NCBI GenBank assembly: GCA_012295275.1 | Contig: CM022670.1 | Span: 29,326,001 to 29,390,000, forward strand | Reading direction: 5' to 3' | DNA length: 64,000 nucleotides | DNA from: Chrysomallon squamiferum | Lineage: Eukaryota; Animalia; Mollusca | Shown here: positions 1 to 12,685 of the stretch, piece after piece | How positions within the stretch are numbered: the stretch's first letter is position 1 | How the letters are laid out: each line of letters opens with the position of its first letter | Program-made: the position numbers and the translations under genes | The notes under the pieces: model-generated | The model's database searches: none | Seen by the model: only the letters and a program-made list of their open reading frames with translations | Told to the model about the DNA's origin: nothing

Positions 1-1901
1 TCAGAACTTGTAAACAGGAACACTGCCTTTATTGGCCGGAGACACAGGGTGCTTGTGTGTGTGTTTTGTGATACTGACTTCAGCTGTGTTTTAATACTCA
101 CATGTTCTCTGGGGTGTTTTGTATATAATATATTATTATTTGCTGACTATTGTATCAGCATTGCAATTAGTTACCACTAGAAGTTCTGTCATCTAGACTT
201 CATGTTATTCTTGTACTGGATCCCAGCTATGTTTTAAAATACAATTATACATACAAAAGAATGTTTAAAACTACAAGTGTAGAGGTCACACAGGATATTA
301 TTTCCTGAACTACTTACATCAATTATATGTAAATGATTTTTTAAATGAATGTAAACAAGGAACGTTGAAGTCACAGGAAATGGAGATATTGATATTTGTT
401 ACCCAATATTTGCAGTGAGAAGTCAAATTATAGGTTAGACCTAATTTTAGAGAAGTCACTTCTCATGAATACAGATTAATTAAAGCTGTTACAAATGTGC
501 TGAGTAATATTGTTTAGTGTTTAATTAACCATAGAAAACATTGATAAAGCATTCCAATAGTCTGAATGCTAACAGTGTAATGCTGATATCTAACTAGAAT
601 ATGCATGTTATAAGGATATTTAATACATGTACTAAAACTGAAAACATTTTCAAGTATTTGTTGGACTGTAAATGTTTTCATACATTAATCAAATTTAACA
701 AAAATATATATGTATGTATATGTGTGTATATATATATTGTTTTTGTTATGTTCTTACACTATATTTTTACAAAGTATTTTTAATGATAGGTGTATGTATC
801 TCTAGTAGTAGATAAATAATAGTGGCTGAGGTCAGAGACAAGTAACATCTTTTTAACTTCATTTATTTGTTTATTTAGTGAATGATATTGTTTGATGCTG
901 AAACCTGTTAGCATATGGATGGATTCTTCTATTTTATACTCATTTCAATTGTTTCTCTCTTTCTCTCTCTCTCACACACACACACACACATGCTTAATAT
1001 GAATAATATAAGTGTATGTATCTGTGTATATCTTGAACCACTCTTTTATCAGAATCTTTGATTATATCAAATTTATTTAAATAAAGTTAATTGCCTCTGC
1101 AATTAATTAATGAATTAGAAAAGAAATCAACAGTTGTGGTGAATCTTTTGGCAATCTCTAGCTGTGTTGTTTCACATCAAAGGCAGTTTTGATTTGCAGG
1201 TATTTCTCAGCCTTTATGTTTTAGTGGAGCCTATTAGAGCTTTTGAAGCCATAATTGTGAGGTCCTTTGGCAAATGTGTTTTGAAAACATTTTATTTTAT
1301 GATATCAATAACGTTTGCAGAAATTCAAAGGCTATACCATATCAAAGATAGAGTTAATAATTTTTCAAAGCATGTTCCTAACTTCTTGTTACTGTTTTGA
1401 GAATAAAATAGTAAAATTGAAGTCCATAAAATCCTGTTTGTATTCTTAAATTATAACACTGAGAAATTTCAATAAAAATGGCTTTAATGAAAACAAATCA
1501 AATCATCTGAAGGTGTGAAAAGACCCATTAAATTGTTTATTTTTTATTTTTGTAAACTTTAATTGAAATATTACGGCTATAGATAAACTGGATTACACAC
1601 AATTTGATAATTGTGTATGGACATAAGAACATGTTTTCATAAAGGACCAAAAAATGTTTTCATTTAGTTGTATCCTATTGGTTTTAGCAAATAATAAATG
1701 GATTGAAACACAGTTTTAAGCTGACTTAATATAGTAAAGAATGTACACTTTTTCTTATTGAGAATTCCTTTGTAATTTTAATACTTTAATGTGAAAAAGC
1801 AAGATACTTTTTTTTTTTTTTTACTTATTTTAAAATGTAAATTATATAATTACTCTTAAATTAAATGTATTTATTATTTTCTTTTTTCAGAAGACTGCAT
1901 A

Positions 1902-4900
1902 ATGAGGCTTCGAGGAGGCCTTGATTTCCTCAGGAAGCTGGCTCTGCATTGGCTGGCCATACTGGCTATGTCCTGGACAGTGGACTCCTTCAATGCACCC
2001 ACTAACAGTAAAAACTTCCAGTTCACAAAACCTTTATACAATGGAACCATCTTTGAAAATGCTATGGGTAAAACATACATTACATCAATGGTCAAAATGG
2101 GAATCCATATAGTTGATCCAACACTTAGTGTTTGTTTCAAAATTGTTGATGATACCAGTAATGGTATATTTCGTGTTGAAGAAGACTGTGTCAGGGATTT
2201 CTGTTTTCTAAGAGTCAGAAAGAGTACAGGTATGAATGATGAACTTAATCGTGAATTACATGATCAGTACCGACTGAAAATCAAAGCTGTTGGAAAGTAC
2301 ATAACAGGTCCACAGTTTGAAGCTTTCACTTATGTGAATGTTAATGTTCTTGATTTGAACGATCTCAGCCCATTGTTTTATCCTGAGAAATACAGAGTAA
2401 CTATTCCAGAAAACACTCCACTGCACAAGAGTATAATAACTGTGTCAGCATCTGATGCAGACATTGGCATAAATGGAGAGATATATTATTCTTTTGTTAA
2501 GCCAACAAATATTTTTTCTATTCATCCCACAAGTGGAGTTGTATCACTTACGAGACACTTAAAGTACAGTGAAAGGAAATTCTATGAGCTGGTCATTGCT
2601 GCACATGACCGAGGTCCTAGACAGGGAGGATCAGTTCCACATGGTAACAAAGCTATACTGACTGTCAGGGTTGACCCTGTTAATTACATGGACCCTGAAA
2701 TCAAAGTACAGAATCATCCATCAGTCATAGAACATGGAAGTCAGGGGAGAGTATATGCTATAATCACAGTTTCTGATAAAGATAAAGGGGAGAATGGACA
2801 GATAAATATGGTATGGATTTCTGATGGCAACATTGGACGTATGTTCACAGTGACGCCAGGGTTTCATTCTGGAATTTACAATCTGGTTGTTAACACAGCT
2901 CTTGATAGAGAAAGGATGCCCTATGGTTATAACCTGACAATATCAGCTTCTGACATGGGAAAACCACCAAGGACAACTTCAACCATGGTGCATGTTGAAA
3001 TACAGGATGCCAATGATCACCAGCCCAAATTTGATCAGGATCATTATATAGCTAATATTTCTGAAGTGGTTCCAATCTTTACACCAGTTTTGTTTGTTCA
3101 TGCTGGAGACAGAGATTTGGGTCTGAATGCAGAAGTAACCTACAGAATTGTGGATGGTAACAAGAATAGTTTGTTTACTGTTGATAAGAATTCTGGTCTT
3201 GTTAGTACAAATTCACCTTTGGATGCTGAGTCTGTATCTCAGGTGACACTGGTCATTCATGCTGAAGACCAAGCTAATTCTGAAATCAGAAAGATTGGCA
3301 AAACTCAGGTTGTGATACATATTATTGATTATAATGACAATGCACCAGTTTTTAACGTAACAGAAAAAACAACATATATTAAAGAAAATGCTCCAGCTGG
3401 CACATCAGTCATGACAGTTGCAGCCTGGGATGCTGACAGTGGGGATAATGGGAAAGTCAGTTACTCAGTAACCAATGCTGATGATGTACCATTTGACATT
3501 GATCATTTCACTGGGACTATTCGAACAACCAAGGTGCTGGATTATGAAACAATGAGACGAGTTTACCATATCATAATAAGAGCCTCAGACTGGGGTGTAC
3601 CTTTTAGGCAGGAATCAGACACTGTGATTACTGTCAAGCTGGAAAATATTAATGACAATCGTCCTGAGTTTCAGAAGAAGGACTGCACTGGATATCTTTC
3701 AAGAGAAGCCAAAGCTGGTACTCAGCTTGTTATTCTTCCAGCAATAGATTTTGATGATGGAAATATTATTACTTACTCAGTAGTGAGTGGAAATGATGAT
3801 GATTGTTTTAAAATTGTACCATCAACTGGTGCCATAAAACTGGCTGACTGTTCTCTTCTTGATTATCCATATGACAAACGAACAATCAGAGTAACAGCCA
3901 CAGATGGAGTACATACATCAGTTCCAGTCATAGTTGAAATGACTCTTGTAAACAGAAAACGCAGTAAGAATCTTGGTGCAGAAGATGTCAGCATAAAGTG
4001 TAGAAACACTGATGTTTTAGATCGGCTTAAAAAAATGTTAGCTGAGAACAGTAACAGAATTGATATCCTGCCCACTGCTGCAGAGATTTCTGGAGACAGT
4101 CTGAGTAACAAGTTTGCCCCAGAATTTCTAGAATCAGTCCCACGATACCTGGAGGTTTCTGAGGGAACAGCAATAGGCACGCCAGTGATGAACATCACTG
4201 CTATAGACAGGGATACAAATTCATGGTATAATAGTAAAGTTTTGTATGTTCTGTCAGTGGGTAATAGAGATGGCAAATTTAAAATTGATACTTTCAGTGG
4301 GAATTTGAAAGTAATGTCTCAGCTCGATCGAGAACAAGTTTCTGAATACAGACTGCTAATATCAGCACAGGACATGGGTAAACCAAGTAAAAGTACCACA
4401 AGATCCATTCGCATCGTTGTTACTGATGAAAATGATAACACACCTAAATTTGAGTATGCCAGATATTCCACAACGTTGTATGAAAATGTTCTTATTAATT
4501 CAACAGTGCTTCAGGTATTTGCAAATGATGCAGATTCAGGTCATAATGCCCAGGTTAGATACTCCATCCTAACAGATACAGATGACTTTTCTATTGAATT
4601 TGCAACGGGCATGATCAAAGTTCAGAATAAACTGGACAGGGAAAGGCAGGATATTTACAAACTGGAAATTGAAGCCAGAGATTCTGGAAGGAAGAGGCAG
4701 TTGTTTTCTACAACTCTGGTAACCATAACACTGCTGGATGTGAATGACAATACTCCAGCATTTGTTCCAGAAATGTACAATATAAAACTTCGAGAGGATC
4801 TGCCTGTTGGAACAGTTATCATGACTTTGACTGCTGTCGATCCAGATGCTGATGAGAATGGCAAAATTACTTACAAACTTGTCGATGGAATGGATTCAGT

Positions 4901-5241
4901 GTTTTCAGTTGATGAAATGACAGGAACAATTCGGATTACACAAAAACTGAATTACAAAGATAAGCAGGTTTACAATATAACAGCCAGAGCTGAAGACTGG
5001 GGGAAGCCTAAACTGATTTCTACTTGTTTACTCAATGTGGAGATTGTGGATGTTAATGAAAACCTGTACCCACCACAGTTTGAAAGTTTTATTCGCATGG
5101 GATCTGTTCCAGAAAATGCACCAATTGGTACTTATGTGATGCATATTTTTGCACACGATCCAGATGGAGACAACAGTGAACCAATTATTTACTCTATACA
5201 GGATGGCACTGGTCTTGGCAGATTTGTCATTGATATTAATG
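1902..5241 (+). CDS. FAT1: Coding exon 1 (giant exon; acceptor at 1890, 11-nt 5'UTR 1891-1901): signal peptide plus about 9.5 cadherin repeats
   Basis: 1115-aa ORF; ttttcttttttcag acceptor; donor G|gtaagt at 5241/5242 (phase 1); hydrophobic N-terminus LALHWLAILAMSWTVDS. Confidence 0.96.
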
Positions 5242-5899
5242 GTAAGTGATATAAGTAGTTTATCTGTTACATTACAAATTTGAAAATCTGAAATACCTTG
5301 TTAAAGAATGTTTAACATTCTTCAGAAGTGGTAAAATATAAAGATCTTACCAATTAATTAATATTTCAGACAGATGGTAACTTTTTAACTTCAATTTGTC
5401 ATAAAAACCTCATTCAGTTTTGTTATTTCACTAATACTTAGATATCAAAAAGTATAATTTATTGCTTTTATATATTTTTACAAATGTTTTAAAACAGATG
5501 ATATGGAAACAAATTTTAATAATGAATATAAGTGGTACCATATAGGATGAAGCAGAGTTAACATTTTAAATTCAAAATATTACTTTCACCAAAGAGAAGG
5601 ATTTTGTGTTTAGAAGTATATAGGCCTGGAAACATTAGACAAAGGTTTTTTTATTCCTGTTTTGACATAAACGTACATGTACATCAGAAACCTGCTTTGA
5701 GCCCACAGGATTTGTTTCTTGAGTCATAACAGTACCCATCTTTATTTTATACCAACCAGCAAACACTGGTGTTTCATAATAAAGATTTTTAATGTTATCT
5801 TTAATTTTTCTATTCAGTTTTTATTTAAATAATGTTAATAGCAATTCTACACTTTTAATAACATTTTTATGTTCAAATGTTTCCAAACAGTTTTTTTCA

Positions 5900-5930
<31 letters not shown>

Positions 5931-8900
5931 ATCATGAATATTACAAACATGTGTACACAAACAAACTGATTCTATTTACAACCTGGGAAATTTCTATATT
6001 AAACATGAAGGAATGCATTTTTTTCAGCTGTTTACAAAATACACTGACATATTTGTAAATACTTGATTAACTGAATAAGATACGAAATTAATTCTTTAGT
6101 ACAGCTGTAATGCACATGCATGTGTAAAACCTGTGGTTGTTGACAGCATGAAAAGTGGTAATGTGAGGATAGTTTGACAGTTTATTTCAGAATGTTTAAA
6201 TCATTTGACTGGTTTGATGTTTACATTTGTGATTTTGACATACTTTAAACTTGTAATGCAGTTACAAACATAATTTATTCAAAAGAATTTTCAGTAAAAG
6301 TAATTCTGCTCTTTTCATTTTCCTGTGAAGATTGAAAAGTTTATTTATCTTATATTTGACATGCTACAGCAAACTTCAAATTTGTTATTGTTTATTTAGT
6401 TGATTTATATAATTTCCAAATCATTCACTGACAAAATTTGTTAAAATCAACTCGTAATACTTATTAGTAAAGTGTTGGGCCTCCCTTGCTGAGGTTATAA
6501 ACATGCAGTTTATTTTGTTATTCATTAAATAATAGTGACATGAAAATAAAAAGAGAGCCTATACTGAAGGTATATCCTTAGTTTAATTGAAAACTTTAAA
6601 TTTAGAAAAAAGTTTAACCTTGGGACAATTCTTGCAAATCATATAAAAGTGATTGGATATAAATTTATTTTTTCATTCAGTAACTAAATAGTACTTAAAG
6701 TTAAAAAACAAACAAAAGAAACTAACAAAACTAATTGGAGTGGTTTGGCCCTGCAGTGACCCGAACATGTATGTCATCACCATAGTAACTGAGCTGTGTC
6801 ACCTGGCTCAGGTAAGTATCTACTGCTGTCAATGCATTAAGCCAAGCTCTGTAATTATTCCAACTGACTTGTTGCTCTTAATTTGCTTCTTGTCGTTAGC
6901 TGGAAATGGATATTTTGTTTCCTGAAAGCCAGAATGACATAAGTGCATTATTTAGAAAGCCAAGATGGTGAAGGAATTTTCTGCATCGGTAGTTTAAATG
7001 CTAACCACAGAAATACTTCTACATGAATTGTGGTAGTAACAATAGATATGTTTTTTTTGTTTTTGTTTTTGTTTTTTTAAAATGACATAATCACAGCTGA
7101 AGTTTGCAGAAACAGTGTTGTAGGTCATATCTGGCTCTTACAACTTTCAGGCTGTTTTTATTTGTTTTTAATTGGTAAATTCATGCATAGATGTTTTAAT
7201 TTCTTAAATAGTTTAGAATAATATACAAAAATTAAATTGGTACATGGGATATTTGTATTTTCATGATTATACAATAAAACATGTAGCTTGAAAAAAAACA
7301 CACAGATCAACCCAGTACATTAATAAACAGCTAAAAAAAACAAAAATTAGAAGTAAAAACTGATTTGTAAACACCTACCCTACTAATAAACTGAACCTTA
7401 TTTTCATCCAGGTTATTTTGGTTACATATTTCTTAGAGCATTAGTCATTCTGGCTCATTTAAAACACCATATATATTTTACACCATCTATTTAAGGGTAT
7501 AATGTTTTATATTACATTGCTTCAGCTATATATTTATAGAGCTAGACTCAATCATTTTACTGCATACATACATAGTTTATTGACAAAGTAATATTAATAA
7601 AAGCTTCAACACATTGACTCTTTTTCAGCTGAGACTACTAGTATTTTAAGATGCTGATAATGAGATGGCTTACCACTCAAATTTATATTCTCTGTGTATA
7701 GTCACAGTATAACATTTTCGTGTTACATATACTGTTCAGTCTAGATGTTTTTCTGTCCATTCCAGCTTTGAACTTTGACTGACACTAATAAACTAATACA
7801 AAGAATTTCAAAGAAAATATGATCATGGTGTAAGAAAAAAAAGAATTAGAAGAAGAAGAAGAAAAAAAAATGTTTTTCTTAACTAATCATTTGAACACCA
7901 CTGTCATATATTTGTTAATTAAAGAAAGTTGTGTTGTTAAAATAAAAACAACATAATTTTTATGATTCCACATCTGATTTGTAATATCCATCCTTTTACA
8001 CAAACACACGCAAACATACACACAAAAATAAAAATAAAAAATAAAAATAATTTGAATATATTAATAATAATAAAAAAAATATGACAAAACCTCAATAAAC
8101 AAAAGTCATTAATAATAAAAAAAATATGATAATAAATGTACATTTTTAACATTTGGTTATTATTTTTATAGGTTTCTTTTCTTTTCTTTTGTGAAATTTA
8201 ATTAACTCAAAACTTATTTTACATTATTTTTTATTTTTTATAATGTTAAACAGAAATTACAGATTATAAAAGCAAATGTTGAAAAGTTTTGCTTCAGGCA
8301 ATATGAAACAGTTCTGATGTCTTCAGTATTGGTAATTTAAAAACACCATCAGTTATCTAATCAAATTTCTATTTGTATGGGTGTATGTTTGGGGTGTGTG
8401 TCTGTGTGTGTGTGTTACTGACAATGAATATAGATAAAACCTTTAATTCTGATGCATTGCTTGCACGTGTATCCCAACAGTTGTATTGCAATAGAAGCAC
8501 TTACAAATTGATTAAGATTTTAGTCATTTCCTCTCATCTACTGGGAAAGTAAAAATAATTTTAGAAAAACAGAAAAAAGAAAACCAACCAACAGTATTAA
8601 TTTGAAATGTTGCTGTCTTGCTGACTGACATATTAATTTTATGTCATAGATTTAAAAAAAATAAAAAGTCTTATGTTATGGTTGCTGTTCTATTTAATTT
8701 CAAGTTTACTTTTTAGACTGAGACTGATATTAAATTGCATTATTAATAGGCTGCAGGATATATAAAGACAGGCTTGTAGGTAAAGCTTCACAGCTCAGGC
8801 AGTTTACAGTTTAAAATGTTGTCACATTAGGCTGCCCCAGGAGCTGGGTTGCATTAAGATTAATGTATTCATTTCAAACCAAACAGCCTGCTGCTGGTTT

Positions 8901-11900
8901 CAGTATTTTTCTTCAGTTTTCTACTAACATCTGCCTTGTGTTTCTGATTTAAACCAACTGCTTAATTATAAATTTAAAAAATTAGCATTTTTTTCATAGT
9001 TTATATAATAATTTATTTGTAAAATACACTACTGTTTTTTTTGAGAGAAAGATTTTTTTTTTTTTTTTTTTAGATATCTAAATATTCAGCAGTGTAAAGA
9101 CATGTAAAATAATTGCAGTAATGAATAAAGAAAAGGAAGGGGGTAAACAACACATACATGCACACCCACCCACCCACACTCACCTTATACAAACTCACAC
9201 CTATCCCCCAACACAAAAATGACAATGGACAAGAAGAAATATAATTACTTGATCAAAATCTCTAAGAGAATAGTTTCATTTTAATATTTTCTAAAACAAA
9301 TCAACTTTTTAAAATTCAAATATGGTGTGAAGAAATTTTTTTTTTTTTTTTTACAGTTCCAATATCATTCAGCCATTATTGAAAAGAAAGTACAAAAAAA
9401 CATTTGCTTTAATTGGAGACCATCAAATTGTTAAGACTACAAATAATTTGTTACAAAGAGAATTTTTCTTGTTTACTGAACAATAAGCAAAATGATTCAT
9501 TCCTGTGATTTTTTTTAATGGATGTCTGATTGATATTCACTGGTCTGTTCTAATTGACATTTTCATTTCAAACATTAATTAAAAGTAATTGTTTGTTCTT
9601 GGTAACAGAATTACAATCACCAATTAATAACTGAAAATTGCATTTGATAAATTCTACTTTGAAACAGCAATGCTTGGTTCTATAAAGCAATTAACTTTGT
9701 TATAAATTGCTTTATATCACCATGGCTTGCATACCTCACAAAAGGGAATTACAGAATTAATCTCAGAAAATAGAAATTACATAGTGATGCAAATTAAAGA
9801 ATACAAAAAAATGGTATTGAGACCTATTATTTTTTTAGAAAAATATTTTAGTTACAATGCATCATGTAATGACTGCTAGTTTAGAAAATCCATGTTACAT
9901 CTTAGTCAAAAACATAAAACTGTTTCATCTATATAAGAAATACTGAACAGATTAGAAGAATTAAGTCTAATAATCTACTAAACAAAGTTGATTCAGATAT
10001 AGAGAAAAATACTGTATTATCTTAATTCAGCATTATGTATCACTGAATATATATATATATAAAGTTAACTATTTACTGCATGTGAATAATACAGATTATG
10101 TTTTCAGCAAAATCTTATCTTTTAATTTGAATTGTTATTGATAAATTTGTAGTGAAATTATCTTTTTGTTGTTGTAAAATTCATTACTAAGTCTAAGGGA
10201 ATTTTTTTCATTAAAAAAAATACCATTCTGTGAGTTCTCTAAACAACATTCATTTAACAGAAACAGTTGTGAGTGGAAAAGAGCATTAGGTTCAAATCTT
10301 TTTATCCATTACTGTATCCCAAGGTATCATTTGATGAATTACAAACCTGTTTAGATAGATAGCTGATATCGTATGCTTGGATGTTACAAAAAAAATTGTT
10401 GTTTTCGAATTGCCAGGAGAAAATCTTGTTTATGTTTGTCTGCTATGAACTTTATTGGCCACTTCAGAGGTGGTTTCCTGAGATGGTGAACCTTGCTTGA
10501 AATGTGATTTATCAGACTCTCCATGTCTCTTGTGGCCAGTTAGATGAGTGCACTTCATCTGTTTTCTCTTTGCAGCTCACTGCAGGATGCTTCTTTTCCA
10601 GCTTTTACCACCATGCTCATTCTGTAATCCTGGTTTTTGTCTGTGTATGCCACGGGTTCTTTAGCTATATATCTTTCCTCACCATGGTCTCTGTGTGTTC
10701 AGTGAGTTATACCACAAAACAGTGAATGTTCTGATACTGGCATATATCACTTACCTGTCAGTGGGAAAATTCTTTAAATAATAATTTTAATTAAAATCTG
10801 AAAATTCTTTATTCAGTTTTTATACTAATATAAACATTGTTACTTCTGCCTGTCATTATCATCAGTGTTAGATGAAATCTTGTCCTTTTGGATTGGAAAT
10901 TATTGTTATTTGTATATGTACATTAAACATTATTAATCTAAGTAAAATGTATGTCTTTATCAAAATAGTACTGCATCTTTTATTTATAAATATCAAGTAT
11001 AATGAGAAATATTTCTGTTTCTTGATATGGAAATGAACAATTCTATTTTAAAGTTATGACCAGATACTGAATAACCATAGTACTTGATAACCTAATCACT
11101 TGAATAAGTAGCCAGTATTATTTGGAATAAAAATTTGACTGAACATGAAATTATGTTATGCATTAACAGTGTTATTGTTAGCTGATTCTGGATGAGAACA
11201 GTAAACAAACAGTGATAATGGTATTAAATGACAGTATGATGTGGACTTATATAAATAACTGTATTATGTTGTGTATTTTGTTTTAGAAGCAAGTGTAACT
11301 GATCTGTAAGTTCATGTGTCAACCAGAAAACTAAATGTTACATTCTGTGATTATTTATTAGCAATTCCCAATGAAAACAAATATGTTTTATTGCTACCCC
11401 AATCCATCGATCTGGCCTAGCTGGTTGTCGTTAATTCTTATCTTCTTTCAGACTTTAATCTTTTTGTCCAGAATGTAACAGCAATGTCTAGACTTGCATA
11501 TTTGACAGAGGGCTTATCTCCATTAGTGGTTAAAATTAATGTAATGGAAGAAATAGCTGACAACATTCCTTGTTGCTTTAGCAAACACATTCACAAGTGT
11601 CATGACCTTTTGCATGGTTGAGTTTTCAAAACAAATGTACTGCTGTTGTGATAGGGTCAGATTGGTTAAAGTAACGAGTGAGAATAAGAGATATTAAAGT
11701 TCTGAACCACAAATGGCCAGTTTCTCATGCTTATAGTATCAGCAGATTATAAAAAGCCTATAGTATAGATTCTCCTTAGGTTAACCCAATCTCTGTGTTG
11801 CTTGTATTGTGTGTCATGTTCATATGTAAACCAGGGCTACTTACTGGTTGCAGTACACTGCTTGTTAAAGCCTCTATCAAGTCAGTTTACATTAATGCTC

Positions 11901-12629
11901 TTGGGATACCATAATTAAACAGAGAGTTACAAATATGTAACATGAAAAGTCTTTCCTTTTTAGACTGGGAGCAAGGTGTACCATGTTAAACAGGCTATGT
12001 GATTATAGTTCATGAAAAATAATTAGAAGTTAACAGAATAGTTTGATGCTGGAAAATAGATTAAGAGATGGCACTTTAAAAAATGAAAAAAAGAACAACT
12101 TTGTTTTAAAAAGAATTTCTTTTCTACTTGCTGATTTCAGCTCCCCATGTAAAAATATTTTTGGAACTTTAATATTAAACTAATATTGGCCAACTCTTTC
12201 ATTTTTCATTTTTTTTTTCACATGTATTGACGTTAGATTTATCAGTAAATAGTTAATCCCTTGATTAGTTTGGCTCATTTCACCAGAATCTGCTGTAGTT
12301 AATCATACACTGGGGTTTTTTTTTTCTGTTCTTTTCTTTTTCCACTTTGTGCATTTTTCCTACCCTTTTTGAAGAGTTTCCATGATGCCTGTAAATGCCC
12401 TTAACTGATTTAATGGATGAGTTAGTTATATTTTGAAAATTATTTCCTGCCATAAATTAAACTTGTTTTTATGTCTTTTAACTTTTATTTCTTTGAAGGT
12501 TTCAGTGTTTTGGCTATAAATGTAAATAGTGGATAGGGGATGCACCTGCAAAACCCATAATTTTCACAGTGCTTAGATATAACTAATGAAAAAGTGACAT
12601 ACCCACCTCTCTCTCTGTTTCTCTTTGTT

Positions 12630-12635
<6 letters not shown>

Positions 12636-12683
<48 letters not shown>
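12636..12683. repeat. (CA)n microsatellite
   Basis: Perfect AC run; source of the spurious CVCV ORF. Confidence 0.97.

Positions 12684-12685
<2 letters not shown>

Noticed and set aside
953-8414. (CA)n upstream and (TG)n downstream of exon 1 as circularisation-promoting complementary repeats
   Set aside because: The tracts are short (about 20 nt) and such microsatellites are everywhere in the window, so this is not evidence by itself.
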